Positions 13,891-27,726 of a stretch of DNA of 64,000 bases are shown here, piece by piece. The first letter of the stretch is position 1; each line of letters starts with the position of its first letter. The position numbers and the translations under genes were made by a program. Below the pieces are notes generated by a model. The model did not search any database and had not been told where the DNA came from. It saw nothing but the letters and a program-made list of their open reading frames with translations. Origin of the DNA: Octopus sinensis (taxonomy: Eukaryota); assembly GCF_006345805.1 (NCBI RefSeq), contig NC_043004.1:101928001-101992000 (forward strand), read 5' to 3'.

Positions 13891-14365
13891 TCATTCAGGA
13901 CGACAGTCGACCTCCCGAACAATTGGTGAACTTGATATGACTGGTGTGTCCTGAAACTCCTACCAATGAACATTGAGCGAGGAATTGCGAATGAAAAAAG
14001 TTGCAGCAAAATTTGTGCCTCGCTTGCTCAAGGAAGATCAAAAGTAATCATGACTAAATGCATATCATGAACTGAAAGAACAGTTGGAAGTTGGTGCGGA
14101 ACTTTTTTCGAAGGTCATCATTGGTGACGAAAGCTGGTGCTATGGAATTTGCAGACGTGGAAGAGGTGAAGAAGAAAAAACGACGGAGGTGTTAAAAGCA
14201 TCCCTTCGCAAGGTTCCAGTATTGCTTCGAATAGTGGAAAACGTGTCTGGACCGATGGATTGCTTCAAATGGAGAATGTTTGAAGGCGATAAAGGTGTAA
14301 ACGTAAAATCAAGTGAATAAAATTATATTGCAAAATTCCGGTTTCTTTTAGGAAACACTTACATG
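13890..14365 (+). mobile_element. Mariner transposase fragment
   Basis: MKKVAAKFVPRLL..., KVIIGDESWCY; same family as the mariner in the tandem array. Confidence 0.85.
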
Positions 14366-14395
14366 CGCATATGCACATACATACACATACTCATA

Positions 14396-14703
14396 TATCA
14401 CGTGATCACGTGACCGACCAGTCCATCAGATGTAGTTACACATCGCTGGTCACAATGCGTTCGCATTGTTTTAGCCTTCGAATGACGCCACCCCGCTGGC
14501 TAAGCGAGCAGGCCAACAGAAGAAAGAGTGGGAGAAAGAGTGGTGAAAGAGTACAGCAGGGATCACCACCCCCTGCTGGAGCCTCGTGGAGCTTTTAGGT
14601 GTTTTCGCTCAATAAACACTCACAACGCCCGGTCTTGGAATCGAAACCGCGATCCTACGACTGCGAGTCCGCTGCCATAACCACTGGGCCATTGCGCCTC
14701 CAC
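14396..14703 (-). mobile_element. tRNA SINE (OR1-like head) with tail type C
   Basis: Head gtggaggcgcaatggcccagtgg; the 3' part diverges after the CT-rich tract and ends in ggtcacgtgatcacgtgata. Confidence 0.8.
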
Positions 14704-15467
14704 CATACTCATATATATATATACACATACATATATGTATGCGCGCGTGTATATGCGTACTTTAGCGTGCGGGAAAATATTTACGAAACTCTTAATCAGT
14801 AAATTCTAAAACAATGTCAAATATATCTACGAACAAAACCAATTTATACGTCCTTCTCTTACTAACAACCTCTAGTCTATAAGGTAACCTTTTTTTCTTT
14901 ATTCTGTCTTACTGATATGCACAAACCTTTGGCTGACTACTGAGCCAACAAAGTCAAATATGTACTTATTTCTGTGTATATGCTATTTTAGCTTCGAAAA
15001 TTTCGTACTAAATATATGTAAGTGTTTCTCTCTGTTGACAACCGTTCGAAAGAATTATAACCAATATCAATTAGCATAATCATCTAATGTACACTAGTAG
15101 CTTGTCGTTCATCATTGAAACTTTTGTTTTCGTGTAGAAGCTGAAATGTTGATAAATATACTAAATTTGTTCCTCACTGTCATTTTCCGTATCATAGTAG
15201 AATCTGTTCTTACTAGAGGTCCGCATGAAGTGTCATGCAGTATTTAATTTTGTTCTTTTATATCCCTTTTCAAAACTCATCATGAATTGTTAAATTATGA
15301 AGAAACGAACTAGATCGAAACGAAACTGGTGAAGGTCTGCATAGGAGAAAAATAACAATAAAAATCTGAAATAAGGTATGAGCGAGTACCGTGTTGGTAA
15401 GTGAGTTTTGGGAAGAAACTGGAAGTGGAGTGGAATACTGTGAGGGTTAAGAACGACAAGCAGACAT

Positions 15468-15518
15468 TCAAGTCACTTCTCTTTTCTGCTTTTGTTTTTC
15501 TTTTAAAAAGGAATTATT
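15468..15518 (-). CDS. Candidate terminal coding exon
   Basis: aatgttcag|AAT...ACT TGA: [16 protein letters not shown]. Phase-compatible only; no homology support. Confidence 0.35.
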   Translation of the reverse strand, partial: NNSFLKEKQKQKREVT

Positions 15519-17854
15519 CTGAACATTAGAATTTGCGCATCACGAATTTAAGTTATTTTACGTTACAAGCAGCAGTCATGTGCAACTGTCGATCCAGTCG
15601 CCTTATAACATACGCTTCTCTTTTAAATGCTTCTCATATCAATTTAAGAATTCATTAATAAGAGAAACAAGGATGTGGAATAATAAAACAGCAGCTTGCA
15701 GCATTTTGCTACAATTTTTCATGTTTTGCGTTCAAATCCTGCCGTGATGAATTTTAACTTCTGGGACCGATCAAATTAGTGCCAGTTACATGCTAAACAA
15801 CAAACGGTTTTTCTTCGTCTCAAAATGTTTAGCTTTTCCACTGATGTTAGAATCTGAAGATGAACAGCCCTCAAAACAGTACATTTCGTAATATAATTTA
15901 AATTGGGTTTTGTGTTTATTTAAATAATTATTTGTTCCAATACACTTTGGTCACTATAACAATTTGGTGAGTTCATAGTTGATGATCAGAGGGAATGTCA
16001 ATAAGAAAACATTAATGTGATGTACTGGCCCTTGGCTTTCTTCTGTAGTCGATGTTAACAGTGATGTGAACATTTCCTGTTAAAAACAAAAACAAAAAAA
16101 TTCATTTATTTAAATACTTGCATGTAAATAACTATGAGTATATGTACATGTGTGAAATCGACCCTGGGACTTATTCTTTGTAAGCCTAGTATTTATTCTA
16201 TCGGTCTCTTTTGCCGAAACGCTAAGTTATGGGGACGTAAATACACCAGCATCGGTTGTCAAGCGACATTAGGGGGATAAACACAGACACACAAACATAT
16301 ACGCACACGTACATATATATATATACATATATACAACGGGCTTCTTTCAGTTTCCGTCTACCAAATCCACTCACTAGGCTTTGGTCGGCTCGAGGCTATA
16401 GTAGGAGACACTTGCCCAAGGTGAAACGCAATGGGACTGAACCCGGAACCATGTGGCTGGTAAGCAAGCTACTTACCACACAGCCATTCCTACGCTGTTA
16501 TATAATTTAGTTGAGAAGACTTATATTTTTTTATATATATATTATAGAGGCAATGGTCTGTGACGTAAAATCACCATCACTATAACCCTTCGATTGTTTA
16601 TTACAAATCAATAAAACTTAATTAATATCAGCAACACTTACCGTCTTTGTGGTTGTTGTCTTTGGTTTCCTTGGGGCAAATCGTCGCTTACAAACAGACT
16701 AGAAAATAAATGAAAAGTTTCATAATAAATAAGGAAACACATATGTTTAGGGGTGTTCTACTTTTGTTTGCGTTTTGATCTGATTTTTTTTTTTGTCCAT
16801 ATGGTGTACAAGTTACAATTTCATGTTATTGTGCTCATTAATTGTGTTAGCGTTTACTTCATTATGTGGAGGCACAATGGCCCAGTGGTTAAGGCAGCGG
16901 ACTCGCGGTCGGAGGATCTCGGTTTCGATTCCCAGACCGGGCGTTGTGTGTGTTTATTGAGCGAAAACACCTAAAAGCTCCATGAGGTTCCGGCAAGGGG
17001 TGGTGGCGACCCCTGTTGTACTCTTTCGCCCCAACATACTCTCACTCTCTATTCCTGTTTCTTGAGTAACGCTGCGATGGACTGGCGTCCTGTCCAGCTG
17101 GGGGAGCACAGAAACTGGGAAACCGGGCCCATGAGCCTGGCTAGGCTTGAAAAGGGTGACTTTTTTTTTTTACTTTATTATAATTAATTGCTTCTTAACT
17201 TCTGGTAACATTTGCGTGTAAAAAGGGAGACTGGGTGAAAATGATCAAACTTTAAACCTCTATAACTTTTTTAAAATATTTTTCTGGAAAAAATCAAATA
17301 ACTCCCAGCAATTCTGTTTGGGCAAGTGTATTATTTTGTCAAAGTCGGTGTAATTAGTGAACATCGAAGGATCAACACCAAGAAGGAGGAAATATTATTT
17401 ATATATACTTATTCGTTTGCACGACAGGTAGTTTGAGACAGTAGTACTTGTAGTGATAGCAACATTTATTTTCGATAGTGACAAAAAGGTTTCTGTCTGC
17501 CAGTAGATATGGAAGGAGTAAGGAATGCACGGTGCTGACTAGAAAGTTAGAAAGGATAAAGGTGGCTCTGCTTTGATTGACTGTATGCAAATGAGTTCAG
17601 TACTGGTGTCCTGAACTCTCGTGGGAAAAAGAATTTCGCGTCCGGAGAACCCTTTCCAGTGAGCTCCTAGAGGGGAAGACTCTAGAAAAGGTGGGGTAAA
17701 GAAAGCATGTTCAGAACAAAACCAGACTGGTTCATAACGGCCAGCAGCATATACAAGTATATATATATATATATATACACACACATACACACATACGTAC
17801 ATTACATACATGCATACATATATACATAGACACACACACAAACTCATACATATG

Positions 17855-17899
<45 letters not shown>

Positions 17900-18559
17900 A
17901 CATATGGGACGGTGTATGTATGTATCAGCCTGCAAAAATACTCTGAAAATATGCGTGAAAGAACATATGATTGAGAACAACACAATTGGGAACAATACGA
18001 AAAGAACAATAAATAGGCTTTTCTTGTACACAAAATGGGAAACCAAATGAACCGTAAATATGTTTATATATATATATAACGGGAAGCTTTATGAAAATAA
18101 ACAAAAGACGAAGGCAGGTTTACGGAAATAAACAAAAGACGAAGGCAGGTGGAGTACAAACAAACAATTGTATTAGTATGGCGCTCAGGAATATAAATAA
18201 AACAAGTCTTTTACGTTTCGAGCCTACGCTCTTCAACAGAAAGATACACGGAAAAGAAACACGGAGAGAAACAAGGAGAGAGAAAAAATGCGTGCAGAAG
18301 CTAGCGATTCAACATGGCGATCTGATTCTGGCCAGAAGTCAGAGATCAAACGTGAGACGCAAGAGCGAAAATAGGGGAGATAACAGGGTCATATATATAT
18401 ATAATTTTTGAATCGCCCAGTTACGCACTGCTAAGCTATTCTCTCGTTTTTTTTTCGATCTTTTCACTCATTCATTCATTATTAATATGCAGTATTTACT
18501 AATATCTACTTTCGTAAGCTAATTATTTAAATTGACTCTTCAATATATAACCTCCTAAT

Positions 18560-18591
<32 letters not shown>

Positions 18592-18622
18592 CTCTCTCTC
18601 TCTCCCTCTCTCTCTCTCCCTC

Positions 18623-18653
<31 letters not shown>

Positions 18654-21600
18654 CAGCCTTAGTTTTCTCCCTAATTCTTCATGTAATTTCTATATGAAAT
18701 CTCTCTAATACCCTTAACTCTCCTTCCTTCCCGTGTTCCCATGTTGGCAACATATTTTTTCGTACTATCTCTTAAATAAACCCTTTCTTGTTCGCGGTGC
18801 GACCGCTCATTCCCGCCACCACCACCAATACCGGATAGCTCTCTTCTCTCACCGGAAACACCTTCCCTCACTGGTAGTACCCTCTATCATACCCTGCAAT
18901 TTCGCCCCTCTCCTCTCCTCCTCTCTCTCTCTCGGGACAAATGCAACTAGTTTAGCTGCCCACGCACTTAATCTAGCATTGGCATATTGATATTCATATT
19001 TACTTTTATCTATTTTTATTTATTTATTTATTATTACTTATATCTGCAGCACCAGTAATGCTTAAATTTACGATGATCATAATGCTTATACTTACAACGC
19101 CGCTAACACTTACTCCTACCCTGGTAAGGACAGGTCAAAAGTGAGAACTGGTGTAGCATGTCTATTAAACAAGCATAGAAACCTTCTTTTCTGGCACTGA
19201 ATAACATCTCCGCTTTCCATGCCTCCTCCCACATTCCTTTGCTAGTTTTTAGAGTTGGCACTGTCAATGTATGCATATTGAAAGGTAGGTCTAGTGAAAT
19301 TGCAGAGATGCTTGAACGGAGACGTGTTGATATGTGCTGCGCAGAAGAGATAAGGTGGAGAGGAGCTACCTCAAGACGAGAGGCAATGACCTCATTTTTG
19401 CGACTGCAGATTTTAATGGGCATGTCGAACGGCAATCTGGTATCATCCGTGGTGTTCACGGGGGCCATGGAATTGGTTCCCGAAATGAAGAAGGAACTAG
19501 GCTATTGGAGTTCTGTGATGCAAGCAACCTAAAAATCACAACTTCAGGAAACCAGACAGCCACCTGATAACCTATCAATCAGGCGACTCTACTAGTCAGA
19601 TTGATTTCATCCTCAACAGACAGCGGGATGCATGGTTGCTCTTAAATACAAAGACCCTCCCTGGTGAAGAATGTACCGTCCCCACCCCAGCATGGACTAG
19701 TCATTAGTGACTTTAGACTCGAGGCCAGAAGGTTGTCAAGAAGTAGACCAATCCAGAAAAGGAGGATTTGGGAACTAAAGAGCCTTTCACATGGTCAGAG
19801 ATTTAGAGACATCCTCATTGAGAAATTTGATGACAGGGAGGAGCTACAGACTTGTGATATAGAGGGTAACTAGAAATTCCTACGTAACAGCTTACTGAGC
19901 GTCACAGACCAAATCTGCAGCTGGCGCAAAGTTACTTTCAGACCTAGGGTAACGTGGTGGTAGAATAATACGGTAGACAAGGCCATTAGAGCAAAGAAGC
20001 AGGCCTGGAAAACCTGGAAGAGTGGGGGTAGCAGGGAACTGTACCAGATAGCCAGAAGTGAGGCTAGGAGACAGGTATATATAGTCAAAGGAGGAGTGGA
20101 AAAGAAATTTTCCAATGTTCAGCGACGTGAGGACCAAAGAACTGAAGTATTTCGGATTGCAAGACAGTGTGCAAAAGAAAATTGCGCTGTTACTGGAGAG
20201 AAATGTGTCCGCATGGAAGATGGTGCATTTGCTTTTAATGATTTTGCAAAGAAAAAGGCTTGGAGATGCCATTATGAAAGACTGCTGAATGTTGAGAATG
20301 AATGGGAGGAGGAGAGCCTGCCAAATGTTGGGCCAGTCGAGGGACTAGCTACCCGAATCGATAGCACCTTGGTAGATAAAGCAATTAAAGACATGAAGTC
20401 AGGAAAAGCTCCGGGCCCATCAGAAATCACTGCTGAGATGCTTAAAATATCTGGTAGTGTGGGTTATGCTCTAGTGATCCGTATTGGAAACCAGGTGGTT
20501 CACGAAGGAGTCATACCCATTGACTAGCGTAGCAGCACCATAGTCAACTACTAAAGGTGATGCTTTAGATAGAAATAACTACAGGGGTATCAAACTACTG
20601 GATCAGGTGATGAAGGTCACGGAAAGGGTCGTAGCCCAACTAATTCGGGAAAGAGTATGCTTAGATGAAATTCAGTTCGGTTTTGTGCCAGGTAGAAGCA
20701 CCACTGATCCTATATTCCTGGTAAGGCAACTGCAAAAAAAGTATCTAGTCAAAGATAAACCCCTATACTTGGTCTTTGTTGACTTGGAGAAAGCCTTTGA
20801 CAGGGTCCCTTGATCCCTTATCTGGTGGACGATGCGGAAACTAGGGATAGACGAGTGGTTAATGAGAGCTGTACAGGCCCTGTACAGCGATGCTGCCAGT
20901 CAGGTAAGGATCGGCAATGAGTATGGTGAAGAATTCTGGGCACACTGACAGAGATCTTGACAGACTTCGACTTGATGTCCTTTCTGCTCAGTGGTCAGCA
21001 GGTGGGGGACAAACTTGGCAGAGACGCGCTGCATGTTCAATTCAGAAGTTAGAATTGTCTGCATGGATCCATATGACAGACCAACAACATCAGCAATGTT
21101 GTTGATAGTCCTCCGACGATCCTTATGCACAAGCTGATGAATTTTCTCCACATTTTGGGGGGTGACCCTCGTGGCAGGTCTTCCAGATCGTTCGTCATCT
21201 TCCAGATATGTTCTTCCGCTTTTGAAGCACTCGTGCCACTCGAAACACTGCGTTCAACCCATTGCCTTATCAGCGTAAGCTTGCCGAAGCATGCTCAACG
21301 TCTCTGTAGCAGACTTACCAAGTTTATCGCATAACTTCACATTGGCTCTTTGTTCCAACTTCATGCCCATGACAAATTCGCAGACAAATACGCATGCACA
21401 TAACCACAAAAACACAATTCTCACAACTTGCGAAGTAAACACAGCTATGTCACTTGGCACACTGCCTCATGAAGGTCACTGCTAGGTCTCATTGCGCATG
21501 CAACCACCCGCTGCCATCTGTTGCCGCACTACAGAACTTGTCCGAGAACGTGTTGATATGTTATAGTGATGTATATTGTAGCTATTTGATCTACTTTAGC

Positions 21601-24600
21601 CGTAATTGACCAGACCTTTGATTAAAGGTCTTTAATTAAAGGTAATTGACAATCTCTTTATGCATTTATATATGGTGTATCCTGAAACATTATACTATGC
21701 ACTTCACTCATTTTTCAAACGTTAGTAGAGCAATATTTGAGCGAGCTTAGGCAATTATTTCTTGCATCCGAAGCGAGAGTTTAGCGGTAACCATGTTGGC
21801 CTGATTAACGGTACATGTATAACTAAAAGATTAAGCATTACCAACGAACCTTTTTTGGTGAAAACATTGACATTGGTGAGGTATCTTCCGGGATATGATC
21901 TGTAAAATGAGGTCCTTGAAATTTAATCTATAAAATAAAATCATAAATTTCCAAGTCAGTCGTTTTACGAAAAACGCAAGATTAATATAATTGTTGTTTA
22001 GTCTGGCTCTTTTTAATGTTAAAGAAATGGAACAGATTTTTATTAGCTTAGAAGAAAGTTAGCTGGTAAGTGGAAATAAGAGAGTTATTGTCAGATCGAA
22101 GTCCTGGCCCAAATGCTTGGAGTAAATTCCGATAAAGACACCTAAGGGGTAGATGATAGCACTGAACCAAGTGACAAATTAAATTTAACAGCTTCTAATA
22201 AAACCGCCAATAACAAGGTAAGAAGCTTTTATCTTGGGGCTCGGTAGGTCAGAGGTTTTCAAGCTATGGTTCACAACCTAAATTGTGCTGTGAAAACATT
22301 TGATAAAAAATGTAAAATGCCCATGGCTATGTTATACAATAGGTTCATGACTATAAGGGCTGCAACCCAGCATTTACTGCAAGCAAAAAAATTAAGGAAT
22401 ATTTCTCAAAGTAAACTAACAAAGTGAGCGCTCCCTCTATTGAAATATATTACACAAGGGGATTACGGAATTTTATGACTTGCCAAAATGGGTTACAAGA
22501 GTAAAAGTTTCGAAAAAGCTATGCTAGATGGACTGAGTTAAGTGTAAATAACTGTCTTACTTTGAGATGGAACGAAATTCCTGCAGTGGGATATGACGAC
22601 CTCCTCAGAAAGAAGAATGGTACCTTATTCATTAAAATATTTATCGAATTTCTGCTATAAACTAAAACAAGTCAATATCCTGAACATTAAGAACTCTTTT
22701 GTGCGTAAAGAAATTATATATTGCAACACATTATTATCTCCTGAAAAAGGGAGGTGGTTTAGCAGAATCATTAGAGCGTTGGAAAAAATGCTTTGCAGTG
22801 TTTGTTCCTGCTCTTCATGATATAAGATCAAATCACATGTGGTCATCTTTGCCTTTGATCTGTATGAGATCGATAAAATAAAGCACCAGTCAAGTATTGA
22901 GCCGATGCAATCGACTAAAAGCCTCCTTCCAAAGCTGCTGGCCGTGTACCTAAATTAGGCACTATTAATATCTCCCGTAGAAGAATGGTAGATTGGCAGA
23001 ATCGTTGGAGCATGAGACAAAATACTTGTCAGTATTTCTTCCGGTTCTTTACGTTCTGAGTTCAAATTCCTTCGAGGTCGACTTTAACTCTCATCACTTT
23101 GGAGTCAATAAAATAGACTACCAGTTAAAATTCTGAAGTCGATTTAACTAACTCTCCCCTTCCCACAAATTTCAAGCCTTGTACTTATATTAGAAGAAAG
23201 TTTTATCTCCTGAAAAGTAAATTAATTGTTGAGATTATCTGAAGCAATTTGAAACAGAAAATGTAAAGAGGCCCACCGATGGCACTCCAACGTTTTTCTG
23301 CTGCTTCATTTTTTATTACATTGCAGAACACCTGTCATTCTATATTCTCAAATTACATACACTAATTAGATACAATTATTTTAACTGTATTATTTTATTA
23401 TTAACCATCTAACAAAATTTGTCTTTCTATTTTATATCCAACATAGCCAAGTTCGATCGTCGCAGAAAGATTTTTTGAGCTCCATGTATTTAATTACACA
23501 ATGTAACTTTCTGTTCTCTTTGGTCAATAAGCGGTACTTCCTATTTGGTTGTCTAGAAATCAAAGGAAACGACTAATATTTCCTTCAAACTTTGCTTCGG
23601 AGGCCTGGACATCAACTTCTTGAAACACCTATTTTCCATTACATTTCAAACAGATTCAACGCTGATTTGCTGAAGCAGAAATATCGTTATAGCAAATATT
23701 CTGCTCAATACTACAGATTTGCTTTCAGTTACTTGACCATAACTACTCGAGCATGTCTCTTAGCGGCTGACAATATGTGTATTTCTGATTATGAGCAGGA
23801 GTAGTGAGGGAGCATCATAATCATGTCCTGGAAGGGAGTCTTTGGGGTTTGAATAAATGTAACAAAAGCAAAGTTTGATGGAAATATTGGCCACTTTTGA
23901 TATTTTCTGCCGATAGGCAACTGGAAAATAATCGCTGCCCAAGGACAAAAATCGCTTCACACTGTGTTCAACTACCTGGATCTAATGATGATGATGGTGA
24001 TATGAGAGGAAAGAAAAGAAAACGATGCATGTACTACTAGTCCCATGATTACTTTGCAATTACACTATAAAATTCCCGTTCTTCCACTACTAAACGATAA
24101 ATACATAGTTTGTATCTAGCGAGCTCGTTACTATTTTGTCTCACACCAGTGCTTATAATCCCTGGCGCCACAACATAGGGGGATGTGGAGGATGCCGACT
24201 ACACCTGCTGACACTACGAGAGGCTGTAACACTAGAAAGGGGTTTTATGCATTAAAAAAAATTATAGATATAATACAAATGTAGCTCATTAATATATCAA
24301 ACGTAACAATAATATTAAACGGTAAAATCAGCTTAGTTCGTATTGTTCCGTACTGAATGTCCATTTTAATTACAGAAAATTATGTAAATATAAATACTTA
24401 TTTATTTATTACCCTCAAGGGGCTAAACATAGAGTGGACAAACAAGGACAGACATAGGTATTAAGTCGATTACATCGACCTCAGTGCGTAACTGGTACTT
24501 AATTTATCGACCCCCGAAAGGATGAAAGGCAAAGTTGACCTCGGCGGAATTTGAACTCAGAACGCAACGGCAGACGAAATACGGCTACGCATTTCGCCCG

Positions 24601-25649
24601 GCATGCTAACGGTTCTGCCAGCTCGCCGCCAAATATGTAAATATAAATACTGTTGTGCATGTAACAGTACTGATTTGATTGATAATTTAAACTGTTGTAG
24701 ATATTTATGTCTCTGCTATGATTACTTCATTTATATATCCGAAAGCAAAACAAAACATGAACCATACTTACCTCACCCCTCTGTCCACAGATGGACCACA
24801 AGGAAGAGTAAGGATTAAGAGAATTCGCCTTTCTTTCAAATTCTTTCACAACATTTTCATTTTTGAATCTTTCAAAGTTGAGACTAAACGATGTGATAAA
24901 AAAATATAGAAAACACGCGTCAATTGTATAAATAAAATGAAAACGCGCAAATATAATCAACTAAAGTTGATGGCATAAAAATAGTTTCATAATAAAGGAG
25001 TATCTAACGATTATTTGTTGAGTTGATAGTCATAGGATTGTGATTATCATTTCTATTCCTAGACAAAGGGAAATGTGCTGTGTCCTTGAGCAAGGCCCTT
25101 CATTTCATGTTGCTCAAGTCAACTCAGATAAAATGAGAAACGATCGAGTGCTGGTGTGATTGTACTTCTCTCCAATAATCACGTCCCAGACGTTTCGCTG
25201 GATCAACAATAGCATTTGCAGGCCTTCTAAGACTGATTCGATCGATGTGGTCGATAGTTCCATTGAACAGGTGTTGTTGTAGTTGTTGTTTTGATTAAGT
25301 CCAAATTTAAACTTGCCAGCACAAAACTACGATCAAAGTATTACACCTATGATCATGTCTTCTTTTTTTCTTTCTTTTTTTCTTTTCAAGGATAGAAAAT
25401 TCGACCTCACACACTCTCGGCTCCAGCCGATATTTTCAGTTCAGTGAACCAGCTCATCCACACACACACACACACATTCGGATATAATGATATACGTACT
25501 TGCCGGTTTCTTCGATCTTCCATTGATTAGATTCACTCGCACTTAAACAATTTGTGAGGTTGATTTTGGGGTAGTATAAAATATACGCCAAGCACATCTC
25601 TTCTTTTGTAGATTGGCCGCCCTAGTATTGGAATAATAATAGTAATAAC

Positions 25650-25681
<32 letters not shown>

Positions 25682-25801
25682 TAATCATAATAATAATAAT
25701 AATATTAATAATAATAATAATAATATTAATAATAATAATAATAATATTATTATTAATATAATAATAATAATATTATTAATAATAATAATAATAATAATAT
25801 T

Positions 25802-25866
<65 letters not shown>

Positions 25867-26072
25867 TTCAGACAAATACATAACAAAAACACCAGGACTT
25901 ACAAACACATATAACATACAGAAAATTGCACTACTAGGCACTGCACACATCCTACGCAGAACACTTTCTATATAATAACCATCAGAGCATCACAACAAAT
26001 CACAGCACATACCCAAGGCACACAGAGCTGCGCTCGGTAGTGAAGTGAAAGCACGCTATAAAAATAAAACTA

Positions 26073-26140
<68 letters not shown>

Positions 26141-26262
26141 TGATCATAATAATAATGATAATAATAATGATAATAATAATAATAATAATAATAACAATAA
26201 CAATGATAATAATAATGATAATAATAATAATAATAACAATGATAATAATAATAACAATGATG

Positions 26263-26296
<34 letters not shown>

Positions 26297-26319
26297 TGAT
26301 AATAATAATAACAACAATG

Positions 26320-26358
<39 letters not shown>

Positions 26359-26414
26359 TAATAATAATAATAGCAATAATAATAATAATGACAACAATAA
26401 TAATAATAATAATA

Positions 26415-26445
<31 letters not shown>

Positions 26446-26453
26446 TAGCAACA

Positions 26454-26492
<39 letters not shown>

Positions 26493-27390
26493 TAATAATA
26501 ATAATAATAATAATAACAATAATAAATAATAATAATAAAACATATACAAATAGCCACAAAACACGAACATAAAAACTGTTTTCAATCTTTAAGGAAGCTG
26601 ACAAATACAAAAAAGAAGTATACGAAATATGAAGAAAAAGAAGAAACAAAAGCTGTAAAACAACTGAAATCCAAATTAAAACTGGAACATCAACGGATCG
26701 TGATAAAATGATTGCTAGAAAGCCACTACTTGGAAAATATTGGGTTTAACTAAACGCAAAAGAAATCGACAAAGCAAAATCCCAACAATGGTTGAGAAGC
26801 TCAGTACTCAAAGCAGAGACTGAAGGATTTTTAATAGCAGCACAAGACCAAAGCCTTCCCACCAGAAGTCACCAGAAAAATGTAAGGAAAAGAAATACAA
26901 GTAACTACAGAATATCTGAAGATGGAGAAGAAACAATAAATCATATTTCTCTGGCTGCCCAATCCTGGATAAGAAAAAAATATATTCACCGACACAACAG
27001 TGTTGGGAACTATATACACTGGAAGCTATGCCAACAGTATGCATCCGTAGTCCATATATATATACACAGAGACAGAAGCATATGCTCACACATATACATA
27101 CATCCACACGTACACACATATCCGTGCATATACGTATATACACATATATACAGATGCATCCACATGCGCGAACATATTCTTACTCATGCATACTCACGCG
27201 TACATCTATGTATGGATATATATATATAATCAAATAGAGTAATAAAATAAATTATTATTACCAGTGGCCTAGCACAAAAGACGAATTAGTCATTAGACTA
27301 TATATTTTTCGTATAGAAATGTAATAAAAGGCTTCCAAATAAGGAAGCGTAGTGCTGTGTTTCTCGCACTACGCTTCCTTATTTGGAAGC

Positions 27391-27428
<38 letters not shown>

Positions 27429-27669
27429 GTGTGTGTGTGTGTGTGTGGTGTTTACACTTTTTAGTCATCAACCCTAAGAAGTTAATATAGCTTCAAGTTG
27501 GTCAACTAATTCCGAATGGTTAATCAAATTTTGAATTATTTTGTTTACTCTATAGCGTTTCAAGGAAAGTATATTTGTTTTAACGGTTTTGTAAACGTTT
27601 GGTGTCTGAATGTGTATATGAAAATAACTAACATTTATGTACACATGTTTACAAACGTAAGTAAATTAA

Positions 27670-27726
<57 letters not shown>

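Noticed and set aside
17410-17755. Possible solo LTR on the minus strand (TG...CA, AATAAA)
   Set aside because: Single copy in the window and no TSD identified.
23540-23960. Possible additional exon(s) or L1-like GGLDI remnant
   Set aside because: No monooxygenase similarity, phases not needed for the gene model, and the motif is too short.
25185-25226. Degenerate hammerhead on the minus strand (CUGCAAAU-GCU...AGC-GAAAC-GUC)
   Set aside because: Core mutated and stem I does not pair; counted only as a decayed relic, not a feature.
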